A DNA stretch of 64,000 nt, from positions 32,001 through 96,000 of the forward strand of contig JBKBRF010000011.1 of assembly GCA_046292385.1 (NCBI GenBank), read 5' to 3'. Below, one piece after another: positions 56,754 to 64,000 of this stretch. The stretch's first letter is position 1. Every line of letters begins with the position of its first letter. The notes beneath the pieces were generated by a model, which did not search any database, was not told the DNA's origin, and saw nothing but the letters and a program-made list of their open reading frames with translations. Both the position numbers and the translations under genes were made by a program. The DNA is from Armatimonadota bacterium (GTDB lineage: Bacteria > Armatimonadota > SYMT01).

Positions 56754-58149
56754 CCGCGCGCAGCGCGCTCGCTACGGCGGCGGCCAGCTCGTCTAGCTCC
56801 TCGTCCCGGATGGTGCGCGGGTCGAGCACCAGGCGGTCGCGCTGCACGCGGGCCCAGACGCTCGGCTCTCCCACCCGCAGGCGGCGCGACAGCTCTCCGG
56901 CGCTCACGCTCTCGGAGAAGAGGCAGACCAGCGTGGTCGGCAGCTCCTCGCCGGGTAGCGCGCCCCCGCCGACCTGCGAGATGCCCGGCTCCAGCGAAAT
57001 CACCGCCTCGACTCCTCCCAGCAGGCTCGCCAGCCGCTCCGCCCGCGCCCGCAGCGCCTCCGCGGAGAGGGAGAGCGCCGCCAGCGTCGGGATCTCCCGC
57101 ATCGCCTTCGCCTCGTCGCGGTAGAGACGGAGCGTCGCCTCGATGCCGGCGAGCGTCATCTTATCCAGCCGGACCGCGCGCATCAACGGGTGCCGCTTCA
57201 CCTGCGAGACCAGCTCCCGCTGCCCGATGATCAGGCCCGCCTGGGGTCCGCCCAGCAGCTTGTCGCCGCTGAAGGTGATCAGGTCCGCGCCGGCCCGCAC
57301 GCTCTCCTGGACGGTCGGCTCCGCCACCAGGCCGTACCGCGTTAGATCGACCAGGGCGCCGCTGCCGAGGTCGTCCATCACCGGCACGCCGTGCCGCCGG
57401 CCCACCTCGACCAGCTCGGCGAGCGACGGCTCCTCGGTGAAGCCGACGATGCGGAAGTTGCTCGGGTGGACCCGCAGGATTAGCGCGGTCTCCGGCGTGA
57501 TCGCCGCCTCGTAGTCGCGCGCCCGCACCTTGTTCGTGGTGCCGACCTCCACCAGCTTCGCGCCGCCGGAGCGGATCACGTCCGGAATCCGGAACGAGCC
57601 GCCGATCTCCACGAGCTGCCCGCGGGAGATGATCACCTCCCGCCCCTGGGCGAGCGCGGCGATGGAGAGGAAGACGGCGGCGGCGTTGTTGTTCACCGCC
57701 GCGGCGTCCTCCGCGCCGGTCAGCTCCCGCAGCAGCGGCGCAATGTGGGAGAGCCGGCTGCCGCGCTCCCCGCTCTCCGGGTCGACCTCCAGGAGCGAGT
57801 GGGACCGCGCCGCCTCGAAGGAGGCCTGGGCCGCGGCCTCGGAAAGCGCCGCGCGCCCGAGACCGGTGTGCAGCACCACTCCCGTCGCGTTGATCGCGCG
57901 GCGCAGCGACCTTCGCGCCCGCCCTTCCACGGCCGCCGCGATCTCGCGCTTTAGAGCCGGGAGGAGGTCGCCGTTGCTCGGGGCGCTCCCCGCCAGGGCG
58001 CGAGCGCGGAGGCTGTCGGTCGCGGAGCGGATCGCCTCCACCACCGGCGCGCGGCCGTGCCGCTCGATCAGCGACTCGATCTCCGGCTCCTGGAGCAGGC
58101 GATCGACCTTCGGGATGCGGCGCACCAGGCTCTGCGGGGATTCGCTCAC
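56749..58149 (-). CDS. selA: L-seryl-tRNA(Sec) selenium transferase
   Basis: INATGVVLHTGLGRA, VNNNAAA, SRGQLVEIGGSFRIPD, EVGTTN, HPSNF, FSGDKLLGGPQAG; GTG start inferred. Confidence 0.96.
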   Translation of the reverse strand: MSESPQSLVRRIPKVDRLLQEPEIESLIERHGRAPVVEAIRSATDSLRARALAGSAPSNGDLLPALKREIAAAVEGRARRSLRRAINATGVVLHTGLGRAALSEAAAQASFEAARSHSLLEVDPESGERGSRLSHIAPLLRELTGAEDAAAVNNNAAAVFLSIAALAQGREVIISRGQLVEIGGSFRIPDVIRSGGAKLVEVGTTNKVRARDYEAAITPETALILRVHPSNFRIVGFTEEPSLAELVEVGRRHGVPVMDDLGSGALVDLTRYGLVAEPTVQESVRAGADLITFSGDKLLGGPQAGLIIGQRELVSQVKRHPLMRAVRLDKMTLAGIEATLRLYRDEAKAMREIPTLAALSLSAEALRARAERLASLLGGVEAVISLEPGISQVGGGALPGEELPTTLVCLFSESVSAGELSRRLRVGEPSVWARVQRDRLVLDPRTIRDEELDELAAAVASALRAG

Positions 58150-58280
58150 GGGGGGAAGACTCCTGGCCCATCTTAGCAACGCGCGTGCGGGATTAGCAAC
58201 GACTTCCCGGGGCGGACAACCAACCGGGGGGTCGAGGCGTCCAACTTGCAGCTTTGCAACTTTCGACGGAGACAACACTG

Positions 58281-60728
58281 ATGATACGAGCTGGACTCCG
58301 CCCCCTCACCCTCTGCGCTCTCGGTTTGTTCGCCTGCGGGCTCGCGGCGGCGCCGCTGGGCGCGCAGGAGGGCGGCCCCGCCGCCCCCGCGCAGCCGCTC
58401 CCGCTGAAGGACGTGGTGCTCTTCAGCAGCGGCGTCGGCTACTTCCAGCGGCGCGGCACCGTCCGCGGCACCACCTCGCTCAAGCTCTCGTTCCGGGCGG
58501 GGCAGGTGAACGACATCCTCAAGAGCCTGGTCTTGATCGATCCGCAGGGGCAGGTCCGCCCCGTCACCTACACGACTCAGGACGCGCACCTCCTCCGCCC
58601 CGGGGTCCGCGCCCTCGCCACCGGCAGCAGCGTCTCGCTCGGCGCCCTCCTGCGGCAGTTCCAGGGCGCCCGCCTGCGCGTCTACCTCGCCAAGGAGCAG
58701 GTGGAGGGCCGGTTGGTCAGCGTCAGCTCGAAGGAGGTGCCGCTTCCACAGGGGACCCGAGTGGTGGAGCAGGAGGTGCTCAACGTGCTGACGGCGACCG
58801 GCCTGCGGGCGATCCCGCTGGAGGCGGTGCAGCAGGTGCAGCTTCTGGACGAGCGGCTCGACCGGGAGCTGCGAGACAGCCTGGCGCTGCTGGCGACCGG
58901 CCTCTCCGACGAGCAGCGGGAGGTGGAGCTGCGCTTCACCGGTGACGCGGCGCGGGAGGTGCGGGCCGGCTACCTGCAGGAGACGCCGGTCTGGAAGACG
59001 AGCTACCGCCTGGTGCTGGACGACAAGCCGGCCGCTGCGGCTGCGGGGCAGCCGGTAAACCCCGCCGGGGGCTCTTACCTGCAAGGCTGGGCGATCGTGG
59101 AGAACACGACGGAGGAGGACTGGAAAGACGTGCGGCTCTCGCTCGTCTCCGGCCGCCCGATCAGCTTCATCCAGGACCTCTACCAGCCGCTCTACGTCCC
59201 CCGCCCCGTCGTGCAGCCGCAGGTGCTCGGCTCTCCCCGTCCCCAGCTCTACGGCGAGGCGGTGGAGCCAGGAGAGTTGCTTCCGGATGGAGTACGTGCA
59301 ATCCTCGATGTCCCAACCGACAACTCTCTCCTCTTACGGGGTCCGATGTTCGGCGGCCTCGGGGGCTTCGGAGGCGGAGTTTACCCGGGCGGCGGGGGCT
59401 CGCGGACAGGCCTGGAGGAGCTGATTGAGGTACGTTTCACGAACACGCCCCTTCACAGTGCGATTCGCCAGCTCTTTCAGGGCTCCGGTCTGGAATACAG
59501 TATCGGAGCCGACGTCCCGAACGTCGCAATCAATCTACAGCTCGCCCGAGTGCCCCGCCGGAACGCGCTGCGCGCGGTGCTGCGGCAGGGTGCCATCGCG
59601 GCGCCGGGGTTGACCTACTCCGCCGAGAACGGCGTCTACCAGGTCAAGGTCCGGCCTCCCAGCGCCGTGCAAGCAGAGCCGACGATCGACGAGCTCCTGG
59701 AGCGGCGGGAGGAGATCGGCGTCTCGGCGCAGGCGCTCGCCGGCGTGGCGTCGCAGGCGCTCGGCGCGGAGCGCGGGGAGCTGTTCGAGTACGCCATCCG
59801 GCAGCCGGTCACCCTCCCCCGCGGCAAGGCGGCGATGGTGCCGATCGTCGGCGCCGCGGTGGCCGGGGAGCGGCTCTCGATCTTCGATCCGGCGGCCGAC
59901 CGCACCCACGCCCTCCGCGGGGTCCGGCTGAAGAACACGACCGCGGCGCACCTGGCGGGCGGGCCGATCACCGTCTTCGACGGCGGCACCTACGCGGGCG
60001 ACGCGCAGGTGGGGCACCTCGGCCCCGGTGAAGAGCGACTGCTGGCGTAAGCCGTCGACCTCGACCTGGTTCCGGAGGTGGAGGGTCCGGAGCCGAAAGC
60101 CGAAACGACCGCCCTCGTGATCCGGAGCGGCGTGCTCCAGATCACGCGCAAGCAGCACCACCAGCGGACTTACCGCTTCCGGAACAAGAGCGCGGCCCGG
60201 AAGACGGTGCTGGTGCAGCAGCCGAAGGAGCCCGGCTTCGAGCTGGCGCAGCCGATGAGCGCCGCGGAGACCACCCCGGATTCCTACCGCTTCCGGATCA
60301 CGATCCCGCCCGGCAAGACAGAATCGCTGGTGGTCACGACCGAGCACCCGCTGACGGAGACGGTCGCTATCATCGAAGCGAACGTCGACCTGCTGATCAC
60401 CCACGCCCGCAGCGCCCAGGCGAGCGCGGAAGTCAGGCGGGCCCTGGAGCAGATCGTGGAGCGGCGGCGGGCGTTCCAGGCTCTGCAGGAGCGCCGCAGC
60501 GCCGTCGAAGGGGAGCTCCGCGCGATCGACACGGAGCAGGCGCGAATCCGGCAGAACATGGCGCAGCTCGACCGCAACAGCGAGCTCTACCAGCAGTACG
60601 TCCGCAAGCTGACCGAACAGGAGGCGCAGATCGAGCAGCTCCGGGCGGAGCAGCGCCGCCTCCGCGACGAGGAAGCCGCCGCCGCGCAGGAGCTGCGACG
60701 CTTCCTCGACAACCTCTCCGTATCTTGA
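58281..60728 (+). pseudogene. DUF4139-domain secreted protein interrupted by an in-frame TAA (60048-60050)
   Basis: LFSSGVGYFQR, NDILKSL, PVWKTSYRL, QGWAIVENTT.EDW, GRPISF..DLY.PLY, GPITVF; the frame continues ..LLA*AVDLDL.. to a coiled-coil C-terminus. Confidence 0.75.
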
Positions 60729-60731
60729 TCG

Positions 60732-60766
60732 AGGTTACAGGTTGGCAGGCTGCAGGTTTGCAGGCT
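60732..60766. repeat. CAGG(T/C)T 7-8-mer array (family B, half copy)
   Basis: AGGTTACAGGTTGGCAGGCTGCAGGTTTGCAGGCT. Confidence 0.6.
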
Positions 60767-60806
60767 CACCCGGGCCTGTGAGCCTGCTCCTGTTCGGGGA
60801 GGGAGC

Positions 60807-62918
60807 ATGGACCGGCGCGAGGACGCGACCCCCTATCGGACCGGAGCGCACGAGCAGGTCGTGCGCCGCCTCCACTCCCGCGCGGAGGGGCTCCCCTCCG
60901 GTCCCGTGCAGGCGGTCGCCGCCTCGCGGGACGGGTCGGTCTTCGCGGTCGCGGACGGGCGCCTGGCGCGGCTGGGACGGGAGCCCGGGAGCCGCTGGGT
61001 CACGGCGAGCGAGCCGGCGGCGCCGACCGCTCTCGCCGCGCCGCGGTCCGGCCCGGAGCTGCTGGCCGGCTGCTCGGACGGGCTCTGGGAATACACCCGC
61101 GGCGCGTGGCGGCCGGTCCGCGGCGGCCCGCTGGGAGTGGTGGCGTTCTCCGAGGCGGCGGACGGCACCCTCTACGCCCTCACCGCCCACGAGTTGTGGA
61201 TGCTCGACGGACCGTGGCGCCGGATTGCCGCCCTTCCCGAGGGGGCCGGGACCGCGCAGCGGCTGGCCGCGGCGTCGGAGGGCGGCCCCCTCGTGCTCGC
61301 CGCCGCCGGTCTCTACCGCCTGGTGGACGGCCGCTTCCGCCCGGTGCGGCCGCGGGCCGGCGGCGCCGAATCGATCCGGCACCTGGCCGCGCTCGGCGCC
61401 GGGACCCTGCTCCTCGCCACGAATGACGGGCTCCGGCTCGTCTCCCGCGGCGAGGACTGGCTGCCGCTGCGCGGTGCCGACGGGCTGCCGCTCCTCGACC
61501 TGACCCACGTTACCACCGCTCCGGACGGCACGGTCTGGCTCGGCTCGCCGCAGGGGGTGGTCCGATGGCGCGGCGGCGAGTGGCGCCTGTTCGCCGGACC
61601 GCGCTGGCTGCCGGACGACCGGGTCACGTGCCTGGCGACCGGCCCGGACGGCTCCGCGTGGGTCGGCACGGAGAAGGGCCTCTCGCGCCTGGAGCCGCGG
61701 CGGCTTACGCTGGAGGAGAAGTCGGAGCTCTACCAGCGGGACCTGGAGCGCCGCGACCGCCGCTTCGGCTACGTCACCGTCATCCAGCTCCGCCAGCCCG
61801 GGGTGCTGGAAGGCGGCCTGCAGGAGATCAGCGACAACGACGGCCTCTGGACGGCGATGTACGTCGGTTCCCAGTGCTTCCGGTACGCCGCGACCAAGTC
61901 TGCCGCCGCGAAGGCGCAGGCGTGGCGCTCCATGCAGGCGATCCTGCGGCTGGAGAGCATCACCGGGCACCCCGGCTTCCCCGCCCGGGCGATCAGCAAG
62001 ATCGGGGAGCCGAACCACGAGAACCGCTCCCGCGGGGAGTGGCATCCCTCCCCCGTGGAGCCGGGCTGGATGTGGAAGGGCGACACCTCCTCCGACGAGA
62101 TCGACGGCCACTTCTTCGCCTTCTACGTCTTCCACGAGCTTGCCGCGGACGCGGAGCAGAAGCGCCGAGTGCGGGAGACCTGCCGCCGCGTCACCGATCA
62201 CCTGCTGGATCACGGCTACTATCTGGTCGACCTGGACGGCAAGCACACGCGCTGGGGGGTCTGGGCGCCGGAGCAGCTCAACGACAACCCGGAGTGGGAG
62301 GCGGAGCGGGGCCTCAACTCGCTGGAGATGCTCTCCTACCTGAAGGTGGCGCATCACCTCGTCGGCGACCCGCGCTACGCGGAGGCGTACCGGTCGCTGA
62401 TCCGGGACCACGGCTACGCCCTGAACATGGTCAACACCAAAGTGGTTCCGCCCGGTGAGGTGAACCATTCCGATGACGAGCTGGCGTTCCTCTCCTACTA
62501 TCCGCTGCTGCAGCTCGAGACCGACCCGGCGCTCCGCGCGCTCTACGTGGCGAGCCTGCGCCGGAGCTGGGAATACGAGCGCGTGGAGGCATCCCCGCTC
62601 TGGAGCTTCATCTACGGCGCCTGCACCGGGGAGCCGTGCGACGTGGAGGCCAGCGTCCAGGCGCTCCAGGAGATCCCGCTCGACCTGGTGAAGTGGCCCA
62701 CGCGCAACTCCCATCGGGCGGATCTTCACTACGACCCGGTGCCGGACCGCTTCGGTAAGCGACAGCTCCTGCGCCCGCTGCCGTGGACGGAGCGCCCGCT
62801 CCACAAGTGGAACGGCAACCCGTTCGTGGTCGACGGCGGCGACGGAGGAGAAGAGGAGGACCAGACGATGTGGCTGCTCCCCTACTGGCTCGGCCGCTAC
62901 CACCGGCTCATCAGCTAA
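60807..62918 (+). CDS. Beta-propeller (two-component-regulator-type repeats) fused to a helical putative hydrolase domain
   Basis: PDGTVWLGS, LPDDRVTCLA, PDGSAWVGTEKGL repeats; C-terminal SDNDGLWT, WKGDTSSDEIDGH, NHSDDELAF. Confidence 0.7.
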   Translation: MDRREDATPYRTGAHEQVVRRLHSRAEGLPSGPVQAVAASRDGSVFAVADGRLARLGREPGSRWVTASEPAAPTALAAPRSGPELLAGCSDGLWEYTRGAWRPVRGGPLGVVAFSEAADGTLYALTAHELWMLDGPWRRIAALPEGAGTAQRLAAASEGGPLVLAAAGLYRLVDGRFRPVRPRAGGAESIRHLAALGAGTLLLATNDGLRLVSRGEDWLPLRGADGLPLLDLTHVTTAPDGTVWLGSPQGVVRWRGGEWRLFAGPRWLPDDRVTCLATGPDGSAWVGTEKGLSRLEPRRLTLEEKSELYQRDLERRDRRFGYVTVIQLRQPGVLEGGLQEISDNDGLWTAMYVGSQCFRYAATKSAAAKAQAWRSMQAILRLESITGHPGFPARAISKIGEPNHENRSRGEWHPSPVEPGWMWKGDTSSDEIDGHFFAFYVFHELAADAEQKRRVRETCRRVTDHLLDHGYYLVDLDGKHTRWGVWAPEQLNDNPEWEAERGLNSLEMLSYLKVAHHLVGDPRYAEAYRSLIRDHGYALNMVNTKVVPPGEVNHSDDELAFLSYYPLLQLETDPALRALYVASLRRSWEYERVEASPLWSFIYGACTGEPCDVEASVQALQEIPLDLVKWPTRNSHRADLHYDPVPDRFGKRQLLRPLPWTERPLHKWNGNPFVVDGGDGGEEEDQTMWLLPYWLGRYHRLIS

Positions 62919-62932
62919 CGCAGAGCGCCCCC

Positions 62933-64000
62933 GTGACCTTCCCTCCCGCCCGATCGACTGCGTTAAGCCGCCGGCGCCTCCTGGGGGCGCTGGGCGCGGG
63001 CTCCCTCGCGCCGGCGCTCTCCGGGTGCCGGGAGCGGACGGAGAGCGGCATCACCCTGCGCATGGTCTCCACCAACCACGGGGAGCGGATGCGGGAGCCG
63101 TTCGCCGCGGCGCTGCGGGAGTTCGAGCGGGAGCATCCCGGCGTCCGGGTGCGTGAGACGACGATGGACGACGACGTCTACCAGAAGATGGGGCTCGTCA
63201 ACCTCTTCGTCGGCGGCGACCCCCCGGATCTCTTCTTCCAGTGGGGCGGGGAGCTGGTCCGCAAGTACGCCGACGCCGGCCACGCGCTCGACCTGACGCC
63301 GTTCCTGCCGCCGGAGGAGCGGGAGCGCTTCCTGCCCTCCTGCTGGGCCTCGTGCCGGGCGAGCGGCGGCTACTATCTCTGGCCGACCAGCGCCTCCGTC
63401 ACCACCGTCCTCTGGTACCGCCGCAGCCTCTTCGAGCGCGCGGTGCAGCCGCCCACCACCTGGGAGGAGCTCATCGCTGTCTGCGAGTCGTTTCGGCAGA
63501 GCGGCACGATCCCGATCGCGGTCGGTAACAAGGAACTCTGGTCGGGCGGCAACTTCGCCGCCTGGATCGCGGCGCAGCGGCTGGGGGCGGAGCGCTACCG
63601 GCAGGTGCTGGGGCTGGCGCCGGGGACGCGGCTGGACGACCCGGAGCTGGTCGACGCGTTCCGGCTCCTCTCCGACCTGCAGGCGCGCGGCTTCTTCAAC
63701 CGAGGCGTGGCCGGGGTGAGCACCGACGAGGCGCGGTCGCTCCTGGCGCAGGGCCGCGCGGCGATGCACCCGATCGGCGACTGGCTGGTGAGCGAGGTGG
63801 AGCCGGAGGAGGCGGAAGACCTCGACGCGATACTCCTGCCGCCGCTCCCCAACCAGAGCGGCGAGACCGGGACCCTGCTGGCGCTGGCGACCGGCTACAT
63901 GGTCGCGCGCCGGAGCCGCCACCCGGAGCTGGCCGTCGCCCTGCTGCGCCACCTGACGCGGACCGAAGTGCAGCGCGGCTGGACGGAGCACGGCCACGTG
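62933..64000 (+). CDS. ABC transporter sugar-binding lipoprotein (3'-truncated by window edge)
   Basis: SRRRLL..LSGC Tat-lipoprotein leader, FEREHPGVRV, GDPPDLFFQWGG, PTTWEEL, GRAAM; absent from the ORF track because there is no stop in the window. Confidence 0.85.
   Translation, partial: MTFPPARSTALSRRRLLGALGAGSLAPALSGCRERTESGITLRMVSTNHGERMREPFAAALREFEREHPGVRVRETTMDDDVYQKMGLVNLFVGGDPPDLFFQWGGELVRKYADAGHALDLTPFLPPEERERFLPSCWASCRASGGYYLWPTSASVTTVLWYRRSLFERAVQPPTTWEELIAVCESFRQSGTIPIAVGNKELWSGGNFAAWIAAQRLGAERYRQVLGLAPGTRLDDPELVDAFRLLSDLQARGFFNRGVAGVSTDEARSLLAQGRAAMHPIGDWLVSEVEPEEAEDLDAILLPPLPNQSGETGTLLALATGYMVARRSRHPELAVALLRHLTRTEVQRGWTEHGHV

Noticed and set aside
60048..60050. Selenocysteine or pyrrolysine recoding in the DUF4139 gene
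   Set aside because: The codon is TAA, the expected residue is not Cys, and no SECIS-like context is evident.

Overview
High-GC bacterial chromosomal window with mostly housekeeping and accessory metabolism and no prophage, CRISPR array, integrase or transposase. The gene styles suggest an Armatimonadota-like organism, but this is a low-confidence inference. Recognisable genes include hslU (3' part), rnd, an mqnD-like gene, two divergent GH78 rhamnosidases, a complete mrpABCDEFG antiporter operon, secG, purH, an ECF sigma/anti-sigma pair, PilB/GspE and PilT ATPases, a yqiJ/yqiK-like flotillin pair, tRNA-Ala(GGC) and a selenocysteine cluster (selA, selD with an in-frame UGA, tRNA-Sec). The most unusual signals are five. 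(1) A ~460-nt intergenic region (21442-21900) has nested long-range pairings and looks like a large structured non-coding RNA I cannot assign to a known family. (2) An anti-sigma-like protein carries its zinc-finger (HxxxCxxC) domain after, not before, the membrane helix. (3) A small Tat-like protein combines FG-GAP-, prepilin/DUF1559- and Hcp-like motifs. (4) A DUF4139 gene carries a secretin-N/STN-like insert and an in-frame TAA. (5) Several otherwise unrelated intergenic repeat families share a GGTTCG(G/A) anchor. All calls are by eye; no database search was run.
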